Assembly: GCA_013265495.1 (NCBI GenBank)
Contig: MU058213.1
Coordinates: 4,030,001 to 4,094,000, forward strand
From: Vicugna vicugna
Lineage: Eukaryota
Direction of reading: 5' to 3'
DNA length: 64,000 bases
Shown: in pieces, positions 40,310-54,812 of the stretch
Layout of the letters: each line of letters opens with the position of its first letter
How positions within the stretch are numbered: the stretch's first letter is position 1
Notes under the pieces: model-generated
The model's input: the letters and a program-made list of their open reading frames with translations, nothing else
Databases searched by the model: none
Told to the model about the DNA's origin: nothing
Program-made: the position numbers and the translations under genes

Positions 40310-40645
40310 ACCTATTTCACTGGACATAGTTAATTGGACCAGGGGCAGAATGTCTAACTCAAGCCTTTTCTTGTAACTGGGATTTATAATCAAATTTCTT
40401 GATGTGGGAAAATGTGGGAGGCTGGGAATGCTATGTTTGGGTCATTGATAGAGAAAGCTTGTTTGCACAAAGGAGAATGGAACCCACATCCAGAGAAAAT
40501 AATAAAGACAAGATCATCCTGCTTCAGCAGCTCAGACTAGAAAGAAGCCACATTAGTAACTAATGGCTTTCTGTTTCCCTTATATATTCTGCCTGTAGTC
40601 CGTCCTTCTAGGGATCCATGAGATTCTTTGGAATCCTGCTAATAA
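40310..40645 (+). mobile_element. Old ERVL LTR fragment (LTR33/LTR16-like)
   Basis: taattggaccaggggcagaatgtctaactcaagc ... ccatgaga...aataaattatttttgctta. Confidence 0.45.
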
Positions 40646-42382
40646 ATTATTTTTGCTTAGGTGAAAAAGAATTATGTAATGTGATCATTTTTATTGTCAG
40701 TTTATTAATGAAGCATAAATACATTTTTGAAGTTTATCATATATTTTAAAATTTTAAGTGTTTTACCAATATATAAATACAAATAACATACCTTAGACTG
40801 ACTTCTCCCCTGAAGCTCTAGTCTAACATTATGCTGCATATTTACCCTTAGATGTCACACTGGCCCATAAAAAAATGAACTTCATAAAGCTAAAATCATG
40901 CATGTACTTCCTTCCAAAATTAACTCATCCTGATTGGCCGTTCTTATGCCAATTCCTCTGACAAATAAGCTCAACCGATAGTTACCTCCATCTCTTCTTC
41001 CTTAAACAGTCAATATGTCAAGCATTTCATATTAACAATTCATTGAGTACTAATTCTGTGCTAGTCTAACAGTTTTAGGCATATCATCTCAGCTAAATCT
41101 TAACAAACCCATAAAAGGTAGGTGCTATAAGTTATCACCTTTTCATACAGGATTGAGTTAGCTTAGTCATCTACCACGGGCATAGAGGTGGTAAAGGTCA
41201 GGGCTGGGTTTGAAACTGAGTACTTTCATTCTAGAGCCTAATTTCTTAAAGATGATGTAATACTACCTTATCATTTTAACTCAGGTCCTTACTAGATCAT
41301 TCATAACTGCCACAGAAGTTCTAAGCTATAGGATTCATGTATCATTAACTCACCCTATTGTTGAAATTGAGAAGAAATTCAGCTTTGCTCCAATTTCACT
41401 CAATTTTATATAAAAACATCAAAGGTTCTCCAGTGACCTCCAGTAAGTCTAAACTCCTTAGCGTTAGTTTCAATGCTTTCCCAATCTGGCTCTAAGCTCA
41501 AAACTACTAACCCAGATTTCAATTTTATTACTATTATATGAACTTAGATGCTCCATAAATATATACATTTATTACCACCATTTCCTCTGTATGAGTTTTA
41601 CTTTTTCACTTCTGTACCTTTATTCAGGCCATTCCAACTCAATGCCCCTGTACCTCTTCTATCGATATGAACGATACTCATCCTCTAAAGCCAAGTAAAG
41701 TAACACCTATGCAGATAATTCTAAGCAGAGTCATCTCTCCCCATTTGAAAAAAATAACCCTGACTGCATTTATTAAAATCCCCCTTACTTTAGTGTAGTT
41801 ATGGACATTCACCCTTTATCTCCCATTCAATAACCTGTACATTCTCTGGAGGCTGGTTCCAAGACTTGTTCATTATTATTGTTAAATCTTTATAGGACCT
41901 GCTACATTACATACCTAATAACTGCATAATAGCTAAAGAATGTATATTCCATTCCAATAAAAGAATAATTACAAAAGTTACTGTTCTATAAAATTTTAAG
42001 TATGCTGTGTTCCAGTCACAGAAATAAAAAAATTTTCAACTTGAGACCTATTCAAGTTGACAGAAAAACCATCCCAGATCTTTAAAATCATGTAATTCAC
42101 TTAAAAACCAAACATGCCACTGAGCTTGACAACAGTGAGGTAAAAAGCTATCTAAAATCTCATCTTTTGAAAGCAGTAAAACCCTTTTCATTTTTATAAA
42201 AAATTTTCAGTAAAGACAACATCTAATATAACTTACTTTATCTCCTTCGATTCAGTAAATGTTTTTAAATTAGTACCAATGTATTTTTTAAACTGAGTCA
42301 AAATATTCTCTCTATGTAAGCTAATGGTCCAACAGCATAGACAGGACCTACTGTCTACATGTCGTTTTCAATATATACATTA

Positions 42383-42730
42383 ATTTATTCAACAAATATT
42401 TACTGAGTGCCTACCATGTGCCAGGCACCTATCAATGTCTGGCATAAACAAAAATCCAAACCACACAAATTTTAGTGAGAGAATCCAGAAAATAAAGTAT
42501 ACAATGTATCCAGTGATAAAAGATGATCTAGAGAAAAATGCAGCATAGAAAGGAGATAAAGAGTGCTGGGCTAGAGCATAAGAGAGAGAATACCACTTTA
42601 AATCAAGTGGTCAAGGAAAGACTCAGTCATCAGAATAGAAGACCTGAAAGAGATAAAGGAGATAACCACAGAGAAACCTAGGGAAGAACAAACTAGTCAC
42701 AGAGAATAATGAGTACAAAGGTCCTGAGAC
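42383..42730 (-). mobile_element. L2a LINE 3' fragment
   Basis: atttattcaacaaatatttactgagtgcctaccatgtgccaggcac. Confidence 0.8.
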
Positions 42731-43382
42731 ATAATCACCTCTTTCATCTTTTCCGCTAACCACCAATATCAAAACAAGTGGCTAACCTTATCTGCATATA
42801 TTAGCTTGGTACAGCAAAGACACTGGTATTTCAAGTAGCAATGGTAACATGAACAAAAGAAGCAAATGGGGTCCAAAGAATTCAGAAAAATATGGAAAAA
42901 ATGGTGTTCACTGAATTCTGAGTTAATGTGTGGTAAAACCAAAGTTAACTACCAATGTCCTTAGAAATATTCATCAACAGTTCTTTCTGCACAGTAAGCA
43001 AGTTGTACACTTCTCTTTATTTGAAAAAGGAAAAGAATTATAGACTATATCATACTAATTTCAAGAATATGAGATTTAAGAAATTGACTTTAAAACTGAA
43101 AAAATGTTAGTCACTTTGCCAGGTATTTTAGGTATGTTTTTATCATTCAAATATTATTGGAGAGTCTTATTTTTTTGTCCTCATTTTACAATGCAAATGC
43201 ACGAACATTTCATCTTGACACCACTGGTCACCCCTGAAAAAAAAAATCTATCAAGAGAATGCAGACTAATTAAACCTCTAGTCTAAGGATATAATGACTT
43301 GACTAGAACTCTGCAATATCCAGTAATAATCATTTAGATTTCCAAACTGAGTACCTCAACATCAGGTTAGAAAAAATTTTTT

Positions 43383-44078
43383 AACAAACCACAGTGAGAT
43401 ACCACTTCACACCCACTAAGATGGCTATAATAAAAAAGAGATACTAACAAGTGCTGACAAATACATGGAGAAACTGGAACCATCACATACTAATGATGGG
43501 AATGTAAAATAGTGGAGGTACTTTGTAGAACAGTCTGGCAGTTCCTCAAAGGCTCAACACAGAGTTATCACATAACCCAGCAATTCTAATCCTAAATGTA
43601 CACTTTAAAAAATGAAAAGTGTGTACACAAATGTTCAAGCAGCAATACTCATAATGGCTTCAAAGTTAAAATAACCTAAATGGATAAACAAACTATCATA
43701 TATCCATACAATGGAATTTAGCAGTAAGAAAAAGAAGTACTGATATATGCTACGACATGGATGAATCTTCAGAATATTATGCTAAAGGTAAGAAATGAAT
43801 CACAAAGGATCACATATTGTATCATTTCATTTATATGAAATGTCCAGAATAGGCAAATCTATATAGATAGAAAGTAGATTAGTGGTTGCACATGGATGGG
43901 AGGAGTTGGAAGGAAATGGGGCTAATAACCACTAACAGGGACAGAGTTTCTTTTTGAACTGATAAAAATGTACTAAAATTAACTGTGATGACTGCACAAC
44001 TCTGTGAATATACCAAAAACTATTAACTGAACAATTTAAATGTGTGAATTGCATGGTATTTGAACTGTATCTCAAAAT
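43383..44078 (+). mobile_element. L1MB7/8-like LINE-1 3' fragment
   Basis: aaccacagtgagataccacttcacacccactaagatggct ... gtgaattgcatggtatttgaactgtatctcaa. Confidence 0.88.
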
Positions 44079-44147
44079 TTTAATATATAATATTTTTATT
44101 AAGTCATAATTTTTCAATAGACATAAGAAAAAAGATCAACTAGTTAC

Positions 44148-44210
44148 CTGAGATCTTCTGAATACTTCTTAAAGATACAAAACCTTTTACTTGGACGGTT
44201 GCTATGAAAG
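44148..44210 (-). CDS. ZNF280D: ZNF280D coding exon (FHSNRPSKRFCIFKKYSEDL)
   Basis: Acceptor ctcccag|C, donor AG|gtaact; 63 nt; phase 2 to 2. Confidence 0.94.
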
Positions 44211-45069
44211 CTGGGAGACACAAAAGAGATTTTATTAATTTTATTACACGTAAATCATACTAATTTATAGCTATATATCAAGTCTATACTTAAATTTCCA
44301 GTTTTGAGTAAAATATCATGCTATAAATAATAAAATAATGTTTGTCATCCCTGTTTAACTCAACATTTAAACTTACATTCCATTTTATCTATTTATTTTC
44401 TAGTGACATGTATTTCCCTAAGCATATTCTCGCATGATCAGTACCTCATCTTCGGATGAAGAAAGGAAATACGCAAGAGTTAAAAAAAGCACACCAAATT
44501 ATTTCTTCATCTGTTAAGAGTTGAAAACATAAAAAGATTAACAAAATTTATGTGAATTATGCAACTGTGTAAAACGTATCTTCATTTGGAGAAGGACTGG
44601 GAGAAAATGTGTAAATATAAAAATAATTACAGTAGCAAATAAAGATTATGAATACAAAAAAGAGTTGAAAACAATTTAAAATTTTTGCTAATAACATTTC
44701 TGCTATAATATGAATGGTCATCAATAATAATCATTCTTTAAATCATTTTCCAATCTTAACATATTCACGCCAAGGGAGGGGAAGCAGACTCCAAATGATC
44801 TTGGAAGTAAACAGTACTTGAGCTAAATGCCACTGTTTACCACTTGTAAAATTAAATAAACATTTAGAGAATTCTTTACAATTACTAGTAGAGGTTTAAA
44901 AAAAAAATTAAAGCAGAACTCAAGAGCTAAAACAACGCTTCTCCTAAACAGAGAACAGAAAATCCCTAACCACTTTGTAGCCAATGAGAATAGCTTTTAT
45001 ACACCCTTTTAAATCAGATAAGGAAAGCTTTCCTGTACTAGAAAACCAGGATTAGTTTAGCACAGGACT

Positions 45070-45255
45070 ACTTAGCACAGATAAAAGCGGAGTCATAGAC
45101 TAATAACTTCAGCATCACCTGAGAGCTTATTTAGAAATGCAAAGTCTTATGCCCCCCACAAACCTACTGAATTTATCTCTGGCAGTGGGGCCCAGGACTG
45201 TTTTAACAAGCTTTTCCAGTAATTCTTATGCAAGCTAAAATCTGAGGAGCAGACT
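45070..45255 (+). mobile_element. MER5A-like hAT-Charlie element
   Basis: cagcatcacctgagagctt...agaaatgcaaa...cctactgaat...gggcccagga..gttttaacaagc. Confidence 0.8.
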
Positions 45256-48200
45256 TAGAGTAGCTAAAACACCAGGTCAATTGTGAGTCTCAGATACAAG
45301 GTAACCATAATCAGGGGAGCATGCATGTATGGGAAAACAAATACTCTGACCAGCTATAATCCCCAGACAATATACTAAAAAGCTTTCTAATACTCATTTC
45401 TTCAATCAGGGGATAACTACTATTATTAAGAGTTTAAAAACTCAAAGTAACATCACAAAAATAAAGGGATTTTTTAAGAACAGAATGTTAGGAGGTTGGG
45501 AAACAGTGAAATTATATGCAACAATTTGTGCACATAACTGTATTTCCTCAGAGGAGTATGTCCAAGATTTTATCTGATTCCCAAAGAATGTGAACCAAAT
45601 AAGATCTTTTAATGAGATTTAAAAGTTATTTTCAAAAGCTTTCTTCCTTCTCCTCCAACAGACTATTTTGATTTCTTTCTTTATTTGGTAAGAGGAGAGA
45701 AAAGATTATAGTTTAGGGTCTTTTTGATGGTTTCTCTTTCTGTCTATAACTTGTACCTTATTAAAATGTTGGTAATTTTAAAACTTTAGTTGTCTGAAAT
45801 CATTTCTGATTTAGAATTGCTACCTATAAAAAAGATTTATACTGACTAGAGGTTGATGATATACAATAATAAAGGAAAGTTGTCTGCCTCAGAGTTCACC
45901 ATCCAGTGTTCGGCAGTGAAGGTAGTCAACAGGCAGCTGGCACAGGATGAAGGCCTAACAAGTATCTGTTAAACAAGTGAATACATATTCATAAATAATT
46001 ACCATAAGATAAACAACAACAGTGACACGTACAAAGGTTTGTGGTTGCATGAAGGAAAGCTGCAGGTAAGTGGAAAGGCTAGGTAACAGTCAGTAGCACA
46101 TTTCAGTGAAGAGGGTCCCTATGCTGCCTCACTCCAGACAAAGCAAAGAGCAAGATATGGAAGGATTTTCAAGAAAATAAGAGTTGAAGGCACAGGAAAA
46201 GTAGTTAGAAATTAGATATTAAAAGGGCTTATATTCTCCACAAAATTTGAACTTCATCATATTAATGTTAGGAAGAGCTGAAGGATTTTAGGCCAAAAAA
46301 TGACCTGACCAGTTATCAGTAACAGAAGGAAGGAAGAAATGAAAAAGGGGCCAGGGGTGGGGTGTAGAGAAGAGACCATTTATGATGCTACCATAATAAT
46401 CTAACTGTTCTTCTAATGACTCTTATTTAGTGCCAATAAATCTGTATAAAACACATAATGAACTATTTTTAGCATATCTTATAAAAATTAATTCAGTAAT
46501 TTGTCTTATCCATTGTATAGGAACAAACTGTTACACCAGCTTTCTTTTCTCTTGGAGAAATTTTAAATCATCCTTCAAAGCCTAAGTGAAATGTCATTTA
46601 TATGTCACTTTCCCTTATTTGTTGTTTAAAGAATCATCCTTACCTTCTCTGTGCTCTAACAGTCATTTGTTTATCACATTAAGTTAGGTAAATATATCTC
46701 TCCAACTAACTTGTGAAAATTAAAGCCAAGGACTTTATCTACAACATTTAATAATGACAACTTAGAAACAAGAGCTATAATTACTTAAAAAAAAGAAAAG
46801 AAAACATGATTTGGGATCAGCAGTCACAGCACCAAATCTAAGATATTAAAAAAAAAAAGCTTTTTTAAACAAAATGAGATCTCACTAGAGTTCTTTTTGG
46901 AATTTCAGATTAAAAGTTTCTTAAATAACCTTCTTAGGATAATTTTTTTTAAAAAGCTGTAATTACTTGAATACCTCCTAGGTGCAAATCATTTTATCAA
47001 GCACTTTAAGTACATTTTCTCTAATAACCACAATAACTTTCTCTTCAAGAAAAGGAAACGAGGAGTCAGTTAAGAAGTTGCCCAAAGTCACACAGGTAAT
47101 AAATAAATGAGGAAGCCTGGATTCAAATCCAGATTTGTCTGATTCTTCACCACCAGTTTACCGTACTTCTTAGCAAATAGTAAACTCCGCTAGAAAAAGA
47201 GATATTTAGTACTTATATCTGTTAACTTAATTCTATTACATGTAGAGAAAAGCTTTTTTATACATAATGCTGAAGAATAATAGCAATATTACACAGAGAT
47301 TTGTTTGCATTTTTTTCCAGGTGATTTCTATTGCTACCTAAAAGCTGTAAGCAAATAAGGTGCAATAATTTAAACCAAACCCAAATAATGCCACCTTTAA
47401 AAAATTCACTTAAAATTTATATCTTTAATGATGCCCTTCTCTGTAAAGAGTCTTATTCCACAAATGTTCCTACGGCATCATGGTTTTTTTAATATCCCCT
47501 TTTATTTAGAGCATTCTATAATTATAATAATTGACTACCACTTGCTGTTTGTAATGTGCTAGGTGACATGGTGAGTATAAAGAACCCCTCTTTCTCAAGG
47601 AGATAATACAGATATAAACAAATATAATAAACAACAGACTAGATGAATGGCACACAACTCAAAGTAAGAAATGATCCCTGTGAGTAAGGTAAACTGAAAG
47701 GAAGAATGGTGCATTCCAGGGACCAAGAAAGAATCATGAAAAGCCACTGTCAAAAATGAGTATGGGAGAAAGCTTATTCTGGGGAAGAGCAATCAATTTA
47801 TGGGGATGAGAGTTTTTCTAAAATGGATTGGGGCAAATATGAGACTGGAGGGAAAAAGATCAGTTGCGAGTACAGAGGTGGAATATGATAGGGATTAAAA
47901 GCACTCATCCTCTGGAGAAAATGAGGTTTCTGTTCATACAAAACTCAAACCTATCACAAGGATCCACACTGGGCAGAGACAGTGATAGGCCTTTCAGTGG
48001 GAGATACTTAATTCAAGGAATGAAGCAGAGAAAAAGGGAAAAGGGATTTACCAAACTCCAGGATTGGCAATGGAAACTTTCAGTTCCATATGAATCTAAC
48101 AAAGACTAACAACGTGTGTGATGACAATGAAGCGCACGGTTGGGGCTCACTGGGAACTGGGAAAAGGGTAGAAGGGAGTTGGGCTAACTGGAAATGTTCT

Positions 48201-49579
48201 GGAATAGAATGGGATTTAGAGGTTCTATTGGACAGGTGAGAAACCTATGATAAATGGGAGAGGGAAGGGTGAAATGACTTTTGGTTTAGGAAAAGAAAAT
48301 ATTTTAAAATTTGATCCCCTATAAATTAAGGGCATAAGTAAAGCTGTATTTGGGCAGCCATGTATCTGTCATAGAATAAGGGATTTTCCACACTGAAGTA
48401 TACTCAAGGAGAAAGGATGCTGGGGGCCTGTTAGAGGAAATGGATTACAGGTGTAGTCCACTGCAGCTGGGAGGCAGAGTGGCAGAATGCGGAAGGTGCT
48501 GTCTCAGGAAGCCATGAAGCACACTGGCACATAAAGAGAACTTCACAAGCTTAAAAAACTTGGGACAACGTATTTTTTCAGCTAGTGTTCCACATTCACA
48601 CAAATGATGCCTTGAAAGAGTATTTGGATGGTAGTTATGTGAATTCTATAAAGATAATGTTCGGTTTGTTTATGTTCTTTTTAGATGCCAGTGAGTCAAA
48701 GGTAAAAATATCTATTAAATAATTAGAAAGATAGAGTTAGATCTCAGGAAAACTAAGGATTGAAACTGAAAGATTTAAAGTTGAAAGGCAAAGTGACAGT
48801 GGTCACAGAGAAAGAAAATGTAAAGAGAGAAGAAGAGTTGAAGGAAACAAATTTTAAAATGAGATAGGAGTAGCCAAAAAGGAAGAAAAAACAACAGTGC
48901 TAACAGTTTAACACAAGCCGAAGAGGATAGTTTCAAAAGTGAGTGACAACAATGTCGAATACTTGAAAGAAGTCATGGAGTACTAAGAGTGAAAAAAAGT
49001 TGAATAAATGTTGTGATAAGAACATGACAGAAAATCTTAAAAGGGGCAGGGCTAGTTGGTAGGTGAGGATGACACTCAAATTAAAAGGTAAAAAAATGAA
49101 TCACAGATAAGCTAGTAACAAACATTTTTTAAAAATATTCATGGTAAGAAGAAGAAAAGAAGTAAGGAAAGTAGGTGGTAAGGACAAATCTCCCTCATCT
49201 TTAAAAAAAAAACAAAACCTGAAAATGTAAGCAGAAGAAACTGGTAGAAGAGATGAAGTTGCAAGTTAACTGAATAAGGTTGTGGAAGAACTAGAAGAGG
49301 TAAGTGGCAGGGTTAACTTTACAGAAGTGGAACATGTTTGATTTCTGAGATCAATGTCTAGATGAAGGTAACACGAAAAACTCTGAGGTTGAAAAGATTA
49401 ATTAAAAGGATGACCTCCAACTGAGTAATTAGTAGGCCAGGTTAACAACTAAGAGAAGCTAAAATAAAATCTTTATAGTACTAAAAAATGGTTTAATTAG
49501 GTACTATAGGTAAAAATAAAGTATTTAAAAATAAAAAGTTAGGACTCAAAGTTAAAGATCATGGGTCAAATACAGATGG

Positions 49580-50288
49580 AGAATGGCCACCATCAAAAAT
49601 TCTACAAATAATAAATGCCGAAAAGAGTGTGGAGAAAAGGTAACCTTCCTATGCTGTTGGTGGGAATGTCATTTGGTGCAGCCACTATAGAGAACAGTAT
49701 GAAGGTTCCTAAAAAAACTAAAAACAGACCTACCATATGATCCAGCAATCCCACTCCTGGGCATATATCCAAAAAGACAAAACCTCTGATTTGAAAATAT
49801 ATATGCACCCCAATGTTCATAGCAGCACTGTTTACAACAGCCAAGACATGGAAGCAACCTAAGTGTCCTAAAGAAGATGTGCTATATACGTACACAATGG
49901 AATATTACTGAGTCATAAAAAAGAATGAAATAATGCCATTTGTAGCAACATGGACAGACCCAGAGACGATCACACTAGGTGAAGTCAGTCAGACAGAGAA
50001 AGACAAATATCAAACGGTATCACTTATGTATGGAATCTAAAAGATTGATACAAATAAGCTTATTTACAAAACAGAAACAGACTCAAGGACCGAAAATAAA
50101 CCTATGGTTACCAAAGTGGAAAGGAGGGAGGAGGGCTAAATTAGGAGTTTGGGATTAGCAGATACACACTACTATATATAAAACAGATGAAAAACAAGGA
50201 CCTACTGTACAGCACAGAGAACTATACTCAGTATCTTCTAATATTCTGTAATGGAAAAGAATATGAATATGGGAAAGTGTATGTGTGG

Positions 50289-50331
<43 letters not shown>

Positions 50332-50432
50332 ATATACCCACACATATATGTATAACTGAATCACTTTGCTGTACACATGAAACTAACACAACACTGTAAA
50401 TCAACTATACTTCAATTAAAAAAAAAAAAAAA
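49580..50432 (+). mobile_element. Younger lineage-specific (cetartiodactyl-type) L1 3' end with internal (TG)/(TA) microsatellite and poly(A) tail
   Basis: ORF2 tail gagaatggccaccatcaaaa...ccatatgatccagcaatcccactcctgggcatatatcc; 3' UTR ends taactgaatcactttgctgtacac...aatcaactatacttcaatt followed by poly(A). Confidence 0.9.
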
Positions 50433-51075
50433 CCTCCAAAAAGAAAAAAACTGTGAGTCAGAGTTGAGTGAATCAAGTACTGTTTGCTAGTCTAGAATTG
50501 AGCACAAAGGTCAGAAAAGGCAGCTGTTCAAGTCTTTGGCCTTTATGCCAGGTGAGCATGACTAAAGGTATAAAGAATTCTAGAACAAAAACAAAGCAGC
50601 ACCCAAAACAGATGGTCCTGAAGGTGAGGATGACTATCAAGTTATATGGCTGCTGCTGGACTGGAAAAAGGAATCAAAGTCCTGAAAGTCCTGGGGTATT
50701 GAGAATTCAAAAGAAATGAACAGTATATATGATAAGATTAAAATGGTACTGTGGTAATAAAGGGGGTACAGTAACTTAAAGGTTGATGTAATGCACTGTC
50801 ACTAAAGAAGTAAAGGTACCAAGAGGTCAGGCCAGTCATCAAGGGAGTTAAAAAACTGTGAGAGAGGTGCTGAAGCCATCAAGAAAGGTGGGAGAATCCC
50901 TGAAAGGAGCAGGTGATAATGACCAGAAAGTAACATAGATGTGATGTCATGATCTATAAGAAAATCACTTTTATTAGTTATACTTTAATACTAACTTTTG
51001 CAAAGCTGAAACCTCACTTCAAAAAAATCAACTTACTGTCTTATATCTGAACAATTTTCAACTATTTTGTTTGCA

Positions 51076-51207
51076 TTTTTTTATTGAAGTATAGTCAGTT
51101 TACAATGTTGTATCAGTTTCTGGTGTACAGCATAATGCTTCAGTCATACATATACATACATATATTCATTTTCATATTTTTTCATTATAGGTTACTATAA
51201 GATACTA
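51076..51207 (-). mobile_element. Short 5'-truncated lineage-specific L1 3' end
   Basis: ttttttattgaagtatagtcagtttacaatgttgtatcagtttctggtgtacagcataatg. Confidence 0.8.
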
Positions 51208-51901
51208 TTTTTAAACAAATAAAAATCCATTTTGAAGTATGCCCCTACAAATGAGATACAAATGAAAATACGGAGGCTGTAAAGGCTTTCTCTACATAGA
51301 GTAAAATACTAGGTACTCACATAGTCTATGTTGAATGAATTAATGAAAAAGAAATCCAACAGTGGCATCATTACTGAAACAGTCTCTCATTTCACTGAAT
51401 GACTGCAAGGATAGATGACTTGATGGACAGATAGGCAGAACGATTACAGAGAAAAAGAGAGGGAAAGATAAACAGACCCAATAAAGTTCCTAATATCACT
51501 GAAAATTCTGGAATCTCTCAAAGTGACTGCTTTGAAGAGAATAACACTCATGAGATGACATGTATTTATTTCATAAATATATTTAAAACATTTAAGTTTT
51601 TGTCTTTGTAAGTAACCACTTCAAAAGTTCTACAGGAAAAAAAAAATTCCCATAGAAAAACTATTTTCCCTAACAAACCTATCCTAATTTCATTAGCCTA
51701 ACTGTTCTTATAATTTGAATTCTAATAACCTTATGAATAACTATGCTGAAAAATAGTACCAGGCATCAACCTAGAAGTTCTCTAATGCTCCTGAAAAGGA
51801 AAAAAAAAAAAAACTAGCTTCTATTAGGGTAACTGTTTTCAAAACCAGACTTGCTGAACTGTAATTTTAATCGGTAATTATAGATGTTTAACTCATCTTA
51901 C

Positions 51902-52042
51902 CTCATCATATGATTCACATAGGCTTTGCTACAGCTAGTGTTGTATCTGCAAAAACTACAATGGACATATGTAGGAAAGTGGTTTGCAAAATCTTTTATT
52001 TCAGAACAACACTCAATGCACTTGTGAACTCCCCGACGATAC
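51902..52042 (-). CDS. ZNF280D: ZNF280D coding exon ([22 protein letters not shown]...[19 protein letters not shown])
   Basis: Acceptor ccataag|G, donor AG|gtaaga; 141 nt; phase 2 to 2. Confidence 0.96.
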
Positions 52043-52516
52043 CTTATGGAAATACAAAGAAAATGATAAAAACATATTTTAAAACAAAAATAATTAGGAA
52101 GAGTCATCTTATGTTCTGTTAATTAAAGCCAAGGTGTTTAAATTAACATCTTTAAACAAAGACTTATTATTTGAAAAATCTCCTATGGAACAAGAGCTAG
52201 AAGTATAAACAATCTAAAATTAGCTAACGTTTCATACCAGAATAAGGAGATTAAGTTAATTCAAATATCACAAGATATAAGTGACAACATATAATGCCAG
52301 TGGATATTATAGAAATACCAATGAATACTAGATAGAAAAAACAGTAATTTAAGTACTGTTCAACAGTTGTAAAAAATACTTTTTTATTATTTGCCTGACC
52401 TTTAAGTGACAGTATATAAATGTACAAGAGAGTTGTATAATGGGGTAAATTTATATTAAATAAAGTCTTCATACTTAAAATTAAACTAGTATTGTGTATC
52501 AGTAATAAAAGATTAC

Positions 52517-52824
52517 CTTAAGTTCCTCAATGCTGTATTGACTTTACTTTTTTTATTGCTACTAGCCAATGTGCTTTGTTTCCTTTGCATATTAGAAATT
52601 TTTGATTTGTATTTAGATTTACTTCCATTAGGCTTACTTGCATTAGGTTTACTTGCAATGGGTTTAGCTGTATTAGGTTTACTTGTGATAGATCTTGTGG
52701 GACTTTTAGCAGTTATATTTTTAGTCCTTGGAGGTGAGAGCTGAAGGGTAGAAGTGCTTGCACTAATGGAAGGTGTAGTTGAAGATCCTGATTGAAGGGG
52801 TCCAACTGAAGCTCGAATAGTAAC
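52517..52824 (-). CDS. ZNF280D: ZNF280D coding exon (VTIRASVGPLQSG...SKPN repeats...NTALRNL), Ser/Lys-rich linker
   Basis: Acceptor ttttgtag|GTT, donor AG|gtaatc; 308 nt open; phase 0 to 2. Confidence 0.95.
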
Positions 52825-53529
52825 CTACAAAAATTAAGATAATATTTGCTTTAGAAAATTAATCACTGCATTTGTGTTAAAATATTAGTACATAACAAAG
52901 AGTTAAACCAAGGGCAAGTATAAACTACAACTGGATTAATTCTTCCATTTATTCTAAATGTTCATACCAATTAAATGAAATTAAACTTGATATTTATTCA
53001 CTCATAGTATTACATTTTTGTATTTGATATCAGTTTTACGTTAACAGTTATTAATGGATAATTAGGTGTTAAAGCAAGTTATATGAGCACATTAAATATT
53101 AAAAGAGCACATTCCATAGCTATTTCTATGCTCTGATACAACTTTTTAAATTTACAAACATAGAGATCAAAATTGCAATCTCAAAGCCTAAAAATAACCC
53201 TAGAAAGGCCTGGATTACCTTTTGACAACTATAAAACAAACAGATCTACAATAAATATGATTTCCTCTTTCCAGGGGCTCATTAGGCAGGATGTACATTT
53301 ACAAAAGTTATGGGAGGGGTTATATCAATTCATTATACTGCACGGAGAGTTTAATAATATTTAGAATTTCCCTAAAGGGAGCTAATATAAGGCTTATTTT
53401 TTACTATTCAGAAATTATATTTGCTGGTTGACAATGGAAAACACAACTGCCTACCAACAGTCTCATTGATCATTTGACTATACTCCTATGTATTTGGGGA
53501 ACAGTCTATGAGGAAGTATAATGAAAAAC

Positions 53530-53790
53530 ATGTGGCTTGGTATCATGGTAAAAGCACTGGACTGGGAATCAAAAAGCCTGAGATTAAATCTAATACTACT
53601 CCTTCCTAGCCATGTGACCTTAAATAAGTAATTTATCCTCTTTATCTAGAGATTCTTTATCTAGAATAAGGGACAATATCTGCCTTGTCTACTTCTGTGG
53701 ATTACTATATGGATTAAATAATAGAATGTATGAAAAAGCACACCAAAAGCCTAATTCTAAGGTGCTATAAAAACATTTAGTATCATTATT
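53530..53790 (+). mobile_element. MIR SINE
   Basis: aaagcactggactgggaatcaaaaagcctg...ctagccatgtgaccttaaataagtaattt. Confidence 0.75.
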
Positions 53791-54677
53791 ATTATCATCA
53801 TCATCATTATTAAGGGAAAGGAGAGAGGACTGCACTGCTTACATTAGTGTTCTGCATGTCTAGTCCCAGCATGGAATGAATGGATTGTAGGGAAGGATGC
53901 TGGATAGCTTCTCTTGCTCTAGGTCTTCAGAGCATGGCTTTATATTGTTTTAGTTAAATTCAAATAACAGACATACCCACATTCAAAGGTAAGTACCCAA
54001 AGCCAAATATAAATGCTTTGGGGATTATTTCACTTTGGATTATCCATGCCTCTGTTTCCCTCCACTGGAGCAAATATTCAAGAGCTGACTGTATATAAAG
54101 AAGTCAGAGAAAACAGAGGTATATAAGGCAAAAAGGGAAAAGGAAGTTACAGTCATCAGTATGCAGTCAGACATGTGTTGGCTCACTTAAAGCATAATGC
54201 TATCCAGCAGCAGAACTTGCTTCTCTTAGAGGAGATTCAGTAATAACCACTTCAGTAAACACCTGAGAACCTACGGCATTCAAGGTTCTGTATATACCAG
54301 ATGCTGAGGACACAAAGATAACTAAAACACAATTCCTGATCTCAAGCATCTTATAGTTTAGCAGATAAAACTGACATATTCAGTGCCAACTGGAATAGCT
54401 CAAGAATAGCCCAGGTAATGTTAACACAACCCACCGACCCAGGAACAGTTAACCTTGTTACACTTTTTACAAATGAATACCACTCTAGCATAGCATACAC
54501 TATTGACCAAAAAACAATGGTTAGAAGACATTTTCCTAAACATAAGAAATAAAATCTTAAATTAAAAACTTAAAATATGAAACCACTTTTTAAAGTATTA
54601 TATTCAATAGATAAAACCAGGCAGGAGTTATTTTTATTATCATACAAAATGTTAAAATACGACATATGTGAACTTAC

Positions 54678-54812
54678 TTTTGTTCCAGGAGGCAATCCTT
54701 CTAGTTGTTTAGGTTTTATAAATGTCCGATGGTGCTGAGTCTTGTGATCCATTTTCTCTTTGCATGTCAAAAATTGCAGCCTGCATTTTGTACAACGATG
54801 TATTCCTTTTTT
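54678..54812 (-). CDS. ZNF280D: ZNF280D coding exon ([14 protein letters not shown]...LEGLPPGTK)
   Basis: Acceptor aaacag|AAA, donor AAA|gtaagt; 135 nt; lies inside ORF 54570-54875. Confidence 0.96.

Noticed and set aside
49602..50376. ORFs 49602-49895, 49669-49857 and 50155-50376
   Set aside because: Antisense frames of the L1 3' end and its TA microsatellite.
52538..52744. Leucine-rich plus-strand ORF (LGLLA repeats)
   Set aside because: Antisense shadow of the SKPN-repeat exon of ZNF280D.
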